A stretch of 64,000 nt of DNA from an uncultured virus (IMG/VR IMGVR_UViG_3300042446_000574) (IMGVR_UViG_3300042446_000574), one strand, 5' to 3'; numbered from the stretch's first letter, positions 35,608 to 46,179 are shown. A program made the numbers and translations. Notes: generated by a model not told the origin, from the letters alone.

Positions 35608-35892
35608 ATGAAAAATAACGAAATAACAGACGGATTAACCAATGAACAATGGAAGGAAGCGCAAAGATGTTTCAACGCTCGCCCAGCTCCGATAAGATTT
35701 GCCGACACGGTAAATAGCAAACAATCGGTAATAAATTTTTACCTTAATCCTTTGATTCCTGAGACCATGCCCACCTATCAATCAATGAATAAAGAAAGAA
35801 TGGTTAGCATTTGTTACCAACTTTATCACTCAAAGGAAACCGATACTTTAAAAGAATCAGCCGCAAAGCTTATAAAACTTATAATTGATTGA
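35608..35892 (+). CDS. Hypothetical protein (94 aa)
   Basis: Last + strand ORF before the terminator. Confidence 0.55.
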   Translation: MKNNEITDGLTNEQWKEAQRCFNARPAPIRFADTVNSKQSVINFYLNPLIPETMPTYQSMNKERMVSICYQLYHSKETDTLKESAAKLIKLIID

Positions 35893-35925
35893 TTACTAAT
35901 TTGTTGAATTGTTGATGTGTATATC

Positions 35926-35954
35926 GGGGCTGGCATTTGAACCAGCCCTTTTTT
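35926..35954 (+). terminator. Terminator where the two transcription arms converge
   Basis: GGGGCTGG-CATTTGAA-CCAGCCCT + T-run. Confidence 0.7.
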
Positions 35955-35956
35955 AT

Positions 35957-36619
35957 TTAAAAGATTACCCCTTGCGTCTTCGCGTAATCCACGACTGCCC
36001 GTGCATGAGACAAAGCCAACGTATTTTGAAACACAGGGTCAAACATCATTAAGGCATCATGGTAATTTGTAAAGAAGCCGTTTTCGCTTAAGACCGCTGG
36101 CATATTGGTTTGGGTAATGACAAAGAAACTTTCCTCCTTGTCCTTATCGCCATCCGTGGTATCCATGCGATAAACCCATTTTGGAAAAGCCTCCTGAACC
36201 TCTTTAAAAAGAAACTCCGCGTAAATATCCGAACGCGTTTTGCCCTTGCTGGTGAACACCTCGAAGCCCCTTGCATTGGGCGACGTTGCCGCGTTGCCGT
36301 GGATGCTGAGGTATAACGAAGCCTCATAATTCTGGGCGTTTATATTTGCCTTCGCCACGCGCTTTGTCAATGATACGTCCAAGACAGGATCGTACACGCG
36401 AACCACGGAAAACCCCCAGTCAATCAAATACTGCTCAATCTTTGCCGCAACGTCACGGTTAAACACGCCTTCAAAGAACCATCCGTAACCGTGGAACTTT
36501 GCGTTGTTATGCTGAGCGCACTTTGAAGGATACGTGGTATAATTGTAAGGTAATTTTTTCTTTGCGTCAATGCCTCCGTGACCCGCGTCGAGGAAAACAC
36601 AAAATTTAGATGCTTTCAT
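35957..36619 (-). CDS. Endolysin, N-acetylmuramoyl-L-alanine amidase (Amidase_3)
   Basis: LDAGHGG, E, SIHGNA, GFEVF and PAVLSENGF motifs. Confidence 0.92.
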   Translation of the reverse strand: MKASKFCVFLDAGHGGIDAKKKLPYNYTTYPSKCAQHNNAKFHGYGWFFEGVFNRDVAAKIEQYLIDWGFSVVRVYDPVLDVSLTKRVAKANINAQNYEASLYLSIHGNAATSPNARGFEVFTSKGKTRSDIYAEFLFKEVQEAFPKWVYRMDTTDGDKDKEESFFVITQTNMPAVLSENGFFTNYHDALMMFDPVFQNTLALSHARAVVDYAKTQGVIF

Positions 36620-36702
36620 ATTTTGATATTTTTAAGGGCGATGCAAGTCAATGCACCGCCCTGTAAAACGCATAAGGTAGCGAATCCTGCTGCGCCTATT
36701 TC

Positions 36703-36996
36703 TTACAAACGAAATCCAATGAGTGAAAAAGCTGCAGAAACCAAAGAAAACTTAGGAGGTAAATTTACAGAAATTTCCTTCCCAGCGCACTCCCTTGATG
36801 TCTCCTTAATCTTATCCCAAATTATTTGAGCAAGTTGGATATATTCGCGCCAGGTGAACTTCACTTTATTGCCTTCAAGATGAACGTTTATCTCCGAAGC
36901 CAGCTCCGCAAAGTTCATTGAGTAACAAGCCACGTCACCCATTGGTGACTTTATCCCATCTGCATTTTTCAATGCCTCTTTTAAATTAGTCTGCAT
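36703..36996 (-). CDS. Hypothetical lysis-cluster protein (97 aa)
   Basis: Between holin and amidase. Confidence 0.55.
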   Translation of the reverse strand: MQTNLKEALKNADGIKSPMGDVACYSMNFAELASEINVHLEGNKVKFTWREYIQLAQIIWDKIKETSRECAGKEISVNLPPKFSLVSAAFSLIGFRL

Positions 36997-37006
36997 ATTA
37001 TTTATT

Positions 37007-37411
37007 TTAACGATTAAAAAAACGTGTGATTAAAACGCCAAGGTTTACACCTGTTATGCGTTTAATATTTTCCGAAATAGAATAAAGCTCCACCGTTGCA
37101 ATTAAGAACGCCGCCATGTACGTTATGTTGAACGGAAGGCTAAAAGTATTTCTTGCACCCTCGAATATCAGGATGCCACAAAAATATACAACTATCTTTT
37201 CCATTGTCCGATATAACCCTTTGCTATTTATCTTTTGTTGCTCCTTCTTTGCCGCGAGGATTCCCGTTGCCATGTCAGCAAAAACAACAAATACCGTAAA
37301 AATCAAAAATCCCTTTATTGGTATGAAAAAAGATGCCACCCAGCCAAAACAAATAGCGTATGTTATCTTCTCCCATCCGAGGTGCAAAAAGTTTATTAAG
37401 GTTGTTTTCAT
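37007..37411 (-). CDS. Holin (phage holin family 4-like)
   Basis: Several TM segments; D..TG...A, I.S..L and E..SI.EN motifs. Confidence 0.8.
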   Translation of the reverse strand: MKTTLINFLHLGWEKITYAICFGWVASFFIPIKGFLIFTVFVVFADMATGILAAKKEQQKINSKGLYRTMEKIVVYFCGILIFEGARNTFSLPFNITYMAAFLIATVELYSISENIKRITGVNLGVLITRFFNR

Positions 37412-38022
37412 CGAGTTACTTTTAACTGCCTCAAAATTATTTTACCATCCTGTGAAATATACCTATTTTTTGCCTCCTCCCAATATAAATCAATAAATTG
37501 CCCTAACACTGGATAACTAATTAATCTTATGGCAAACTTTGAAAATACAATAGCATTTTTTGGCGTTGAACCTTCGACAATGTACCTGAATGCACTTGTA
37601 TTTTTATTGTAATTAAAGTCAACGGCTAAGGTTGTTGTAAGTGCGTTTATCTGCCATTTGTTATCTGTGTAAAATGCCTCATTGTTTTTTAAAATGGTAT
37701 CCAATGGATTTTTGCCTGTTAATTCTTGAATGTTATTATTCTCTCTTATGGCTGCTGTTGTTTTCCTTCCGAAGTCATAATAAGCAATTACCTTGTCAGC
37801 AAAGTTATTTGCATTGTTTTCAAAACTTGCCATAGCACCATTATATAGTTGACTTGTATCACCAATAATAGAAGCCTTTTCATAATATCCACCTTCGGTA
37901 TAATCTGCACGGTAAATAAGGTAATAAGCATTGTCAATAATTTTAACATACGATGTATCAAAAGTGATAGATTGTGCACTTAATTGAGATACAAATAATA
38001 AAAAGAAAATGATTTGTTTCAT
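37408..38022 (-). CDS. Predicted secreted protein (204 aa) with Sec signal peptide
   Basis: MKQIIFFLLFVSQLSA|QSITF. Confidence 0.65.
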   Translation of the reverse strand: MKQIIFFLLFVSQLSAQSITFDTSYVKIIDNAYYLIYRADYTEGGYYEKASIIGDTSQLYNGAMASFENNANNFADKVIAYYDFGRKTTAAIRENNNIQELTGKNPLDTILKNNEAFYTDNKWQINALTTTLAVDFNYNKNTSAFRYIVEGSTPKNAIVFSKFAIRLISYPVLGQFIDLYWEEAKNRYISQDGKIILRQLKVTR

Positions 38023-38041
38023 GTTTATTTTTTTAAGTTTA

Positions 38042-40408
38042 TTAATACATTGGAGCATAGGATAAAATATACCATTTAGTGCCATCGCTTTGTATAGTAG
38101 TACAATAACCACCAACAATGTCAACACTTGAATTTTCACCATCAGTTCTTACAAATAAATTTGACGATGGAGTAACTAATGTTAACGCCTCATTACCTTC
38201 AGGTATATCAAAAATTGAGATTATAAATTTAACACCAACTGCATCAGACGCATTAGGAATAGTCAATGTTTTATCCGATGTTAATGTTGTATAAATAATT
38301 GTATGATTATAAGTTGTAGCTGTATAATCTGCATTACTTATTTTTACAATAGGTAATCCCATATTTTTTTTAAACAAAATATTTCCTTCAAATCTTGCAG
38401 AATCATTTAAAATAGTTTTGCCGTCAACTGTTAAAGTATTAGATAAATTTGTTGCACCAAATACACCTAATGTTCCATTCACATCAAGTGTCTTTGTAGG
38501 TGACGCGTAACCAATGCCTACCTTGCTTGTTGACGCATCCACGAAAAGCATGTGTGCGTTTGCTTCACTTTCCACACGGAAGTCGGAATCAGTTGCGGCT
38601 TCATTGAACACGGCGGAGGAATTGACGGTAAGCGGTGCGGATAATGTGGCGTTTCCTGCGATTGTTGTCGAGTGTGGACCGTATAATCCGTCGCTTGCGC
38701 CAATAACAAATCCATTTGCAGCGGAAAATCTTATATTAGCTATTGTGTTTCCTGCGTCGTGAAATCCAATACTTGAAACATCATTTGATTCAAGCCTTAT
38801 ATTGTGATTTCCCCCTGAGGTTGGAGTATTGTCGGTAAAATTTCCAACAAACGTTTTATTTAGCAATGTGGTTTCGCCTGTTACGCCAAGCGTTCCATTT
38901 ACATCTAATTTATAAGCTGGGTTTAATTTACTTATTCCAACCCTGCCTCCATCTTGATTTGCCACAACGGATAAGGTTGTGTCAAGATATTGCCCTAATT
39001 GACCACTACTAAAATTTTTAGCAGTCATTAAATATATATCAGATGTTCTTACATTATTTGGAAACGTAGATGTTCCAGGTCTATCCGTAAATGTTATTTG
39101 AGCCGTTTGATTTCCTTTGTTATTATCTCTTTTTGCAAAGTAATTTAATAAATTATAATAAAATGTATTTGCGCTTCCATCGTGTGAGCCTTCTTGTCTA
39201 TTTATTGTTCCCGTCATTGTTCCACCCGTCAAAGGCAAATAAGTTGATGCCGCCGTGCCCGTGCGCAAGTAATTTGTAAGCATGGAAGCCGTGTCAGATA
39301 AATTTAATTTAGCTGCAAATCTTGAAGTAAGGTTTAATAAAGATGTATCTGCATCCCTGAAATACGGCGTAAGCATGGAAGCCGTGTCACTAACCAAAAG
39401 AACCGCGGTTGTATCTCTCCATAATCCTTCACTACTTTTGAAATAAAGTGAAGCGTTATTTGTAGGATTAGAAATTTGAACATCGTGAAGCTCGTCTAAT
39501 TCTTGCCCATTTCTTATTTTTACAAATACTTCTCCGCTTCCTGCATTTGTTTTAACGCATACTCCAATATACACGCCATGGATAGGTGCCTGTGGCTTAG
39601 TAGATGTAAGTGCGCCTGATGTGGTTCCTGATAAATAAACCGCACTATCTTGCGTTAATGCAGATGTGTTTATATTTGTTATTAATCCTTCTGTGATAAT
39701 GTAACCGCTTGCATTGTTTAATATTTGCTCCGCAACAATGCCAAAAGTATTAGCTGATGTCGGATCACTTGTTGCAATGGCTTTCGCGACGGTTATTCTG
39801 TTTCCCTGACTTCCTGACAAATAAACAACATCGCCTTTATTAAGAGTTGCGCCTGTTCTGTTATTTACCCGTTGGTGTAATTGTTGACCGATGACATTAG
39901 TAACTAAACCACCTTTTAAGCCTTGTATTAAAGAGCCTTGTGTATCATTATACTCCACTTCACCAACTCCTACCGTGCCATCTTTTGCCGTATTAAATGT
40001 GATAGAATCAAAGGGCATGGTTAATCCAGGCGCACCGCCGACCAAGTTCCAAACGTTTGAAGTAAAATCAAATGAATAAAATTTTAAATTAACGGTATCA
40101 AGAATAACCCATGCGTTTTGGTTGTTTATCGGTTGAATGGATGCTGTGTCGGACAATGAACCACGCCAAACAAGCCCGTCGCCAGTCGTCTGGAAACCAA
40201 GGCGTTGTTTATTTCCCGTGTTTGGGTATTGCGCGAAAAGGGTAAACGAAAGGAATATAAAAAGAATTGAAGGCAAAGTTTTTTTGCCTCCAATCTTCTT
40301 AATTAAATTACTCCCCAGTTTAAGCAATACTTGTTCCACCAATATTTCACCCACGCGCCCCAATGTTTTTAAAAAACGTCTTTCTTTCTTTGGTTTTATT
40401 TCACTCAT
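38042..40408 (-). CDS. Tail-fibre-like protein (788 aa) with an N-terminal signal-peptide-like segment
   Basis: N.TGATL.KG.VVY domain, ELDELHDVQI, DTASML repeats, YLPLTGGTMTG and two LDVNGTLGV repeats. Confidence 0.7.
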   Translation of the reverse strand: MSEIKPKKERRFLKTLGRVGEILVEQVLLKLGSNLIKKIGGKKTLPSILFIFLSFTLFAQYPNTGNKQRLGFQTTGDGLVWRGSLSDTASIQPINNQNAWVILDTVNLKFYSFDFTSNVWNLVGGAPGLTMPFDSITFNTAKDGTVGVGEVEYNDTQGSLIQGLKGGLVTNVIGQQLHQRVNNRTGATLNKGDVVYLSGSQGNRITVAKAIATSDPTSANTFGIVAEQILNNASGYIITEGLITNINTSALTQDSAVYLSGTTSGALTSTKPQAPIHGVYIGVCVKTNAGSGEVFVKIRNGQELDELHDVQISNPTNNASLYFKSSEGLWRDTTAVLLVSDTASMLTPYFRDADTSLLNLTSRFAAKLNLSDTASMLTNYLRTGTAASTYLPLTGGTMTGTINRQEGSHDGSANTFYYNLLNYFAKRDNNKGNQTAQITFTDRPGTSTFPNNVRTSDIYLMTAKNFSSGQLGQYLDTTLSVVANQDGGRVGISKLNPAYKLDVNGTLGVTGETTLLNKTFVGNFTDNTPTSGGNHNIRLESNDVSSIGFHDAGNTIANIRFSAANGFVIGASDGLYGPHSTTIAGNATLSAPLTVNSSAVFNEAATDSDFRVESEANAHMLFVDASTSKVGIGYASPTKTLDVNGTLGVFGATNLSNTLTVDGKTILNDSARFEGNILFKKNMGLPIVKISNADYTATTYNHTIIYTTLTSDKTLTIPNASDAVGVKFIISIFDIPEGNEALTLVTPSSNLFVRTDGENSSVDIVGGYCTTIQSDGTKWYILSYAPMY

Positions 40409-40944
40409 AATACTATTCCCATCGTGTTATAAATATCAAATATTTCTTCATCCTCGTCGCAAGTTGCCTCAGGACAACCAACGGCGCTGGGAATGAATCC
40501 AAGTAAATTGGTTGCGCAAGTGCATAAATAATCCTTAATCCTTTTCTTTTTTACCTCCAACCTTTGAAGCAAAGTATCTTGATAAAATTTTAAGCCTTCA
40601 ACGCCCACGTTTTGCCCGTATTCGTTATCGAGGGTATAAAGTCCATTTGTTCCAAGCTGCATCATCATATAAGGCGCTGCCTCGTAAAGAACGGCGTTGG
40701 CGCAAAAGGATTTTAATTGGTCATTCCATAACGCTTGATAAGAAGTCGATGTAAACGCCGTTGAACTTCCTTTGTCTGCAACAAGGGCATCGTAAAACGT
40801 TAAGCCAACGGCTGGAATAATCCAACGGTATTCCGCGTCTTGAATATGTGGGCTTATCAATGACTTATCAAGGCGTATATCTGCAGGCGTTGGTCTTGCA
40901 ACACCGCCGCTTATGACCTCAGACGGTTGTATTAATTGGCTCAT
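40405..40944 (-). CDS. Probable head-tail connector (adaptor)
   Basis: Helical 179 aa directly after the portal; I..A....I...G...Y..L pattern. Confidence 0.55.
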   Translation of the reverse strand: MSQLIQPSEVISGGVARPTPADIRLDKSLISPHIQDAEYRWIIPAVGLTFYDALVADKGSSTAFTSTSYQALWNDQLKSFCANAVLYEAAPYMMMQLGTNGLYTLDNEYGQNVGVEGLKFYQDTLLQRLEVKKKRIKDYLCTCATNLLGFIPSAVGCPEATCDEDEEIFDIYNTMGIVL

Positions 40945-42328
40945 TTGTTTCTATTGGTGAATAACCTAATATTTCCCTCTTTTCATCTTGCGTCAAATTA
41001 TCCTCAACCGCAATGTCACCCATGAAAGACACGGGTAAAGTGTTTGATATTGAGAATTGAACGTCTTTTAAGGCTGGGTTATAAAGCCCAATTTCGGCTA
41101 AATAAGGATTTATAATTTTAGATAACATCAAGTTTTGGCGCGGTTTAATAACCGTACTTTGTAAGTATTCCATTTCCTGACGTATCTGTTGATTGCTTCC
41201 AAGTTGCCCCGCCGTGGCGAAGCCTGCAAGTGACTTGCTCCACCTGTTCGCCACGACAATCGCCGAGGCTGCCAAGTTTTGCAAGTTTAAAAATTCGCCC
41301 TCGTTTTCTTTTGACGTGGGAATCCAATTTGCTTTTAATTTTTCGTCCCTTAGGACTTGAACAAATAACTTATGATTATTTGCCATGCCCGTGAACTTGC
41401 TTTCTATTCCTTCAACCAATTTCTTTGCCTCAGCTGGCGTAATTGAGCCGAAAAATTGCATGATACCCGAAGGCATGAAGCCGTTCTCAAATTTGCTTGT
41501 ATTAAATCGTTGAATGCGGTATTCCATTTCAGCCCACATCTTTGCGCCAATCCACTCAGGTAAGCCAAAGTAAAAATAGCCTGCCGCGTATTGCTTAACA
41601 TGGATAACGCTTCTTTGTGTTCCGTCCTCAAATTTCTTAAAGTCAGGGTACATTGGCACCTCCCTGAATCCTTCGCTTTCGTAAAATACGCCGTCGGTGG
41701 TGAGCGGCACCTCCTCCCAGTTATCGTAAATGCCAACCGATTTTATAAGCTGATCCGCTTCTGCTTTTCTAATACCAATGTTATACACGGGTACATGATA
41801 AATATAAGTAAATGGCTCGCTGCCTACTTTGCCTTTAACAATTTCGCAAAAGCTATTTCCAAAAGCATCATAGTCAAAAGCAAGTTGAGCCAAAACCTCC
41901 TGAAGATTTTGACCATGTAAATTAACCTGAGATATAACATCCTCAATTTCGTTTAAAGAATCGTCGGTGATAACCTCACCCTTCATTGACGTGGTAAGCA
42001 AAGTGTTTGACTTACCTTTCATGGGAATGAAGCCATCACCGACAACCATGTTTGTTTTATCTTCTATTATTCTTCGTAACGTCGGCGAATTATTTACAAT
42101 GGCGATAAGGCTCTTTAAAAAGTCGTCTTTTTGTGTAAAGAACCGCACCCATTTTGCCCCCGTGAAATCAAGCCTCTCCCGTGACGGCTCATTAAAAATA
42201 TCCTCCCTTACAAGCATTGTATTGGAGGTGTCTAAGGTAACCGAGGCAAGTAAAGGGCTTTGACTCCTTTTACTTACCCTGTTATTCCTGTTTGGGACTG
42301 CCTGTATTTTCTTTAATTGTTGGCTCAT
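40919..42328 (-). CDS. Portal protein
   Basis: ~469 aa; SPT...II..K...G, D...FGN..., YFGLP.W and FENGFMPSG motifs. Confidence 0.85.
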   Translation of the reverse strand: MSQQLKKIQAVPNRNNRVSKRSQSPLLASVTLDTSNTMLVREDIFNEPSRERLDFTGAKWVRFFTQKDDFLKSLIAIVNNSPTLRRIIEDKTNMVVGDGFIPMKGKSNTLLTTSMKGEVITDDSLNEIEDVISQVNLHGQNLQEVLAQLAFDYDAFGNSFCEIVKGKVGSEPFTYIYHVPVYNIGIRKAEADQLIKSVGIYDNWEEVPLTTDGVFYESEGFREVPMYPDFKKFEDGTQRSVIHVKQYAAGYFYFGLPEWIGAKMWAEMEYRIQRFNTSKFENGFMPSGIMQFFGSITPAEAKKLVEGIESKFTGMANNHKLFVQVLRDEKLKANWIPTSKENEGEFLNLQNLAASAIVVANRWSKSLAGFATAGQLGSNQQIRQEMEYLQSTVIKPRQNLMLSKIINPYLAEIGLYNPALKDVQFSISNTLPVSFMGDIAVEDNLTQDEKREILGYSPIETNEPINTTV

Positions 42329-42512
42329 AGCTTTTTTTCTCGGGGGTATAAATGACGTGTTGCCCAACGTCCTGAGGGCTTGATTTGTACCAAGCCCTCA
42401 ATTCGTTTTGTGAAAGTTCGCCGATAGTTTTTCGAATGATTCCAGCTTTGCCCGAAAGGTCTGCACCCACGTAAAGCATTTGTTTGCTTTTATCTCTAAC
42501 TATCATATTCAA
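42282..42512 (-). CDS. Hypothetical protein (B)
   Basis: Homolog of 1047-1289. Confidence 0.65.
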   Translation of the reverse strand: MNMIVRDKSKQMLYVGADLSGKAGIIRKTIGELSQNELRAWYKSSPQDVGQHVIYTPEKKSYEPTIKENTGSPKQE

Positions 42513-42513
42513 A

Positions 42514-43062
42514 TTAATCTAAGGCGTTCATCACTGTTTCGCCGTTAACGATAAACCTCGCTTTGTTCGTGGTTCTGCAAGTAATGGTAAGCGTTTCTTG
42601 GTTTGAATCGGTAAACAATGCACCCGATAAACCTTCGGCACTTGTCAACCTTGCAACCCTTTTCTTACCGCCAACAAGTTCAACGCCCCAAATCCAATAA
42701 TTGCCCGTGTTTTCCACGTGAACACAAACCAAGCCACACGCCTGATTTGCCATGTCTTGAATAAGGTTTCTTAATTCCTGGTCGCGGCAATTAATGATTC
42801 CAACCAAACTTTGCTCAATGGCTACCGACAAAGTATCTGGATCTTGCGTCACCGTTTCCGTGAATGCTCCTGAATTGTCCCTAAATTCAACCTCGTAAAA
42901 CACGGCAGCCGTGGAAGCCATTGTTATTGCCGTGGTTGCTCCCGATGCGTTATTGGTAATGCTTGTTACCTGATTAGCATTGGCAATGTAAAACTTGCCA
43001 ATACCACCAGCGCACGTTCCATCTGTACATTGATTAAGCCAACCGCTTGTTATTGCGCTCAT
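42514..43062 (-). CDS. Probable major tail protein (B)
   Basis: Homolog of 1291-1839. Confidence 0.6.
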   Translation of the reverse strand: MSAITSGWLNQCTDGTCAGGIGKFYIANANQVTSITNNASGATTAITMASTAAVFYEVEFRDNSGAFTETVTQDPDTLSVAIEQSLVGIINCRDQELRNLIQDMANQACGLVCVHVENTGNYWIWGVELVGGKKRVARLTSAEGLSGALFTDSNQETLTITCRTTNKARFIVNGETVMNALD

Positions 43063-43072
43063 TCATTATTGA

Positions 43073-44056
43073 TTAGTAGCCTAAGCTGATTAATGATGGG
43101 TGAATATAATTTACGCCCATTTTGAAGCGTGCCTTGATATACACCTTTTCGTCCTTCTGGTCATACCAAAGTTCCAAAGCCGTTTCAGGACTTAACACGT
43201 CCGTTGCAAGTACCTTGTTTTGAGGCGTGGTATATTCAACATAATGCGGCTTAGTTGTTCCTAAACTTGTTGCAATGTCATCCCAACGGAATTGAGGAAT
43301 CACGGTTACGCCACGGAAAGTAAATTGTTCAACGCCGTTAATCAACTGAAGTAAACCGTAGTCGCCGCCACCGCCGTTTTCAATGTCCTCACGAAGCTGA
43401 GAATAAACACTTTGCGTCACATTGAACACCTTTTGGTTAGCAGGTAAACCTTTCAACTGCAATGGTGCCTGGTCATACACCGCGCGAAGGATCGCGAAGC
43501 CGTCACCAGCGCCAAGGTCTGAACCTGATCCCGTGTTGCAACGTGGAACTAAGTCACTTGCAACTAACTGAGGGTAATACACCGTCCAAAATCCGTCTAA
43601 TGAATCAAAGTTTGGGTTATTGCTTGACTGGTCACCGAAGTAAGAAAGACGGGTAATGTCGTTTCTTATCGCCTGTTGTGTACGGGTCAAAAGAATGTTT
43701 TCAATTAATGTTCCCGAAACATCTGGCAGCCTTGTACCTGTTTTCAATAACTCCTCAAAAACTGTGTCTTCAAATTCGTCCCAACACATTTCAAGATCCA
43801 CTTTCATTTTTTCAACGTCGATGGTACGCTGATAAATGTCAACCGAACCCACGGGGTTAAATCCGCAGCCTGAGTATTTGCGTACAATGTTTTCCAACTG
43901 TTGTACGAAAACCATTTTCTTTTTATTGGCGACGTTACCAAGAACGCGAAATTGTCCGCGAAGGTCATCGTCAAAAAAGACTGGTTCTAAAAAAATGTTA
44001 TTTGCCTCCGTACCTCTAAAGGATACGTCAAGTTGGCTTATTTCAACTAATGCCAT
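43073..44056 (-). CDS. Major capsid protein (B)
   Basis: Homolog of 1849-2832. Confidence 0.8.
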   Translation of the reverse strand: MALVEISQLDVSFRGTEANNIFLEPVFFDDDLRGQFRVLGNVANKKKMVFVQQLENIVRKYSGCGFNPVGSVDIYQRTIDVEKMKVDLEMCWDEFEDTVFEELLKTGTRLPDVSGTLIENILLTRTQQAIRNDITRLSYFGDQSSNNPNFDSLDGFWTVYYPQLVASDLVPRCNTGSGSDLGAGDGFAILRAVYDQAPLQLKGLPANQKVFNVTQSVYSQLREDIENGGGGDYGLLQLINGVEQFTFRGVTVIPQFRWDDIATSLGTTKPHYVEYTTPQNKVLATDVLSPETALELWYDQKDEKVYIKARFKMGVNYIHPSLISLGY

Positions 44057-44068
44057 TTTGTTTTAATT

Positions 44069-44533
44069 TTAAAGATTTGGGTAAGAAATGGTTGCAGACG
44101 TATTTGTTAAAACAAAAGCATCCTCAATACCAAATGAAAACTCTGTTTTTGCACCTGCGGTTGTTGCCACTGCAAACAAAACCTTCCAATCATTACTTGC
44201 GTTTAACGCCGAGGTATTGATTTGTAAAATTGCCGTTGGTGCTGAGGACTGCCAATTTGCATAAGCCTCGTTACCTGATTCATCCATTACGGTAACCTTA
44301 TAAAAATCACTTGCACTTGTTACACCTGTCAACGGTGCAAAGTTCAAACGCTTTCCAGCCGAGGAAGTACCATAGGTGAAGGAAACGGGAATTCGATCCG
44401 TAAAGGTATCAATACCGTATAATTGCTCCGCGTTTATCCCTTGCTCGTTGGCATACGGGTTGGTGCGGTTTAAATTGTTTTGCCCGACGTATGTATTTGA
44501 ATCGAGAAAACCATTAACGTTTGCTGTTGCCAT
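44069..44533 (-). CDS. Putative decoration protein (B)
   Basis: Homolog of 2845-3309. Confidence 0.45.
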   Translation of the reverse strand: MATANVNGFLDSNTYVGQNNLNRTNPYANEQGINAEQLYGIDTFTDRIPVSFTYGTSSAGKRLNFAPLTGVTSASDFYKVTVMDESGNEAYANWQSSAPTAILQINTSALNASNDWKVLFAVATTAGAKTEFSFGIEDAFVLTNTSATISYPNL

Positions 44534-45549
44534 TATCTTTGTGAGATTTTAGATTGAACTAATGAAGCGAAAGAATCAAAGTAACTCGATTTCGTTATTG
44601 TTTCCTGAACCTTTTCGTGGGCTGAGCCGCCGGAAGGAAGTCCAACGCCTTTTTTTACTTGCGCCCTGAGTGCAACCAATTCGTTGCCCAATGTTTCAAG
44701 AACCGTTTCAATTTCGGTTATTGACGTACTTTGCTCGTTTGATTTTTCAGATAAAGCGGTCATTTCTTCGGCATTTAAAACCGTGTAACCTTTTGCCTTT
44801 AAAACCTCAATAGCCATTTCATCTGTTATAACTACCTCGTCCGCTTTTGAATCAACTGCCGCTGGTGCGTCAATAACCTCATTGGTTTCGGTTTGGTTTA
44901 ACAAAGATTTGATTTTTTCTAAAATGGAATTACCCATGTCATCGTTATTTTTGTTTTTTATTAATAATGCGGCTGGAACATTTACGAACTTGCTTAAACT
45001 GTTTTGCAACGGTAATAAATCTATATTTTTTTCGTCCGTTTTAACAATTTCATCAATGAAACCGAATTCTAAAGCTTCCTGTGATGTCATCCATGTTTCG
45101 GCTGCCATCATTTTTTTAATCTTTTTTCTAAGGTCTTTTTCTTCCCCTTTGCGTTTGTAAACAGCTGACAAATAAATGTCAAGTAACTTTTCTTCCATCT
45201 TGTCTAACAAATCAGCCGTTGCCTCAAGTTCGTCGGAATTACCGAAAGCTTGTGACCAAGGTCGATGAATCATTAAAAATGAATTTTCGGTCATTTTCAC
45301 TTTGTCAGCCGCCAACAGTACAACCGTTGCAATGCTTGCTACCAAGCCGATTCCTGTTGCCGTGGTTTCGTTTGAATAAGTAGAAATTAAATCAGCCATT
45401 CCCATTCCTTCGGTAACTGAGCCGCCACCTGATGAAATAGTAAAATCTATTGACGCTCCATTTGCCTCATCTATTTTGTATTTTAGATAAGGCATTGAAT
45501 TGTACCACTCTGAAATTTCCCCTATAATATCAACTTTAACATTTGCCAT
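44533..45549 (-). CDS. ClpP-like prohead protease/scaffold (B), lacking the extra N-domain
   Basis: ClpP motifs; 338 aa. Confidence 0.88.
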   Translation of the reverse strand: MANVKVDIIGEISEWYNSMPYLKYKIDEANGASIDFTISSGGGSVTEGMGMADLISTYSNETTATGIGLVASIATVVLLAADKVKMTENSFLMIHRPWSQAFGNSDELEATADLLDKMEEKLLDIYLSAVYKRKGEEKDLRKKIKKMMAAETWMTSQEALEFGFIDEIVKTDEKNIDLLPLQNSLSKFVNVPAALLIKNKNNDDMGNSILEKIKSLLNQTETNEVIDAPAAVDSKADEVVITDEMAIEVLKAKGYTVLNAEEMTALSEKSNEQSTSITEIETVLETLGNELVALRAQVKKGVGLPSGGSAHEKVQETITKSSYFDSFASLVQSKISQR

Positions 45550-45578
45550 TTTTGTAGATTAATGTGTAAATTTATTTA

Positions 45579-45923
45579 TTATAATTTTTTATCTTTTCTT
45601 TTTTGCTTGATTTGATAACCAAACCTTTCAGGGTGCTGAACCATGTTATAAACGTGCTTCTTTGAAATACCCGTGCGTATGCTTATTTCCATCATGGCAT
45701 CCATCTTTGAATCATTTGAATAAAGGCTATTTGGATAAAGGTGCATGACCATGTATTTCGCCACCGTCTTTTCCTTTACCACGTCGGTTTTTACGAGGAA
45801 GGAAATCAAGTGAAAAAAACTGGGTGTAATACCTTCCTTATGACAAAAAGCACTGTATTTATTCAAGATTTCATGGGTAAAATCCTGCAATAAATCCTCA
45901 TTAATCATTTCAAATTCATCCAT
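45579..45923 (-). CDS. Hypothetical HTH-like protein (B)
   Basis: Homolog of 4718-5068. Confidence 0.55.
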   Translation of the reverse strand: MDEFEMINEDLLQDFTHEILNKYSAFCHKEGITPSFFHLISFLVKTDVVKEKTVAKYMVMHLYPNSLYSNDSKMDAMMEISIRTGISKKHVYNMVQHPERFGYQIKQKRKDKKL

Positions 45924-46179
45924 TTTCGTTCCAATATTGTACTATCTGCCTCATTTTACCGACTACTTTTGTCCGACACGCGGGACAATTTCGCCGCTCA
46001 GGCTCATAATGATTAACAAAGTTGTTATAAATATTGAACAAATAATCCATATCGTTCGGGTCAATGCTTAAAACCCTGTAAGTCCTATTAACCGTGGCGG
46101 TAACTTGCGCCTTGTATTCCTCGGGGATGCGAGAACCAAGTTCTCCCCAAATGCTATCTGTCTTCATACAATTACACAT
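45916..46179 (-). CDS. Small Cys-containing protein (B)
   Basis: Homolog of 5061-5324. Confidence 0.65.
   Translation of the reverse strand: MCNCMKTDSIWGELGSRIPEEYKAQVTATVNRTYRVLSIDPNDMDYLFNIYNNFVNHYEPERRNCPACRTKVVGKMRQIVQYWNENG

Larger units (their letters stand above)
1..41223. mobile_element. One full unit length (~41.2 kb, arbitrary phase) of a siphovirus-like phage genome, probable Bacteroidota host (copy A)
   Basis: Terminase, portal, protease, capsid, tail, tape measure, holin/amidase and replication genes; the sequence at position 1 (ctgcaagtgacttgctcc) recurs at 41224. Confidence 0.92.

Noticed and set aside
36635..36662. Hairpin upstream of the endolysin as a terminator
   Set aside because: It has no T-run on the coding (minus) strand, so no role can be supported.
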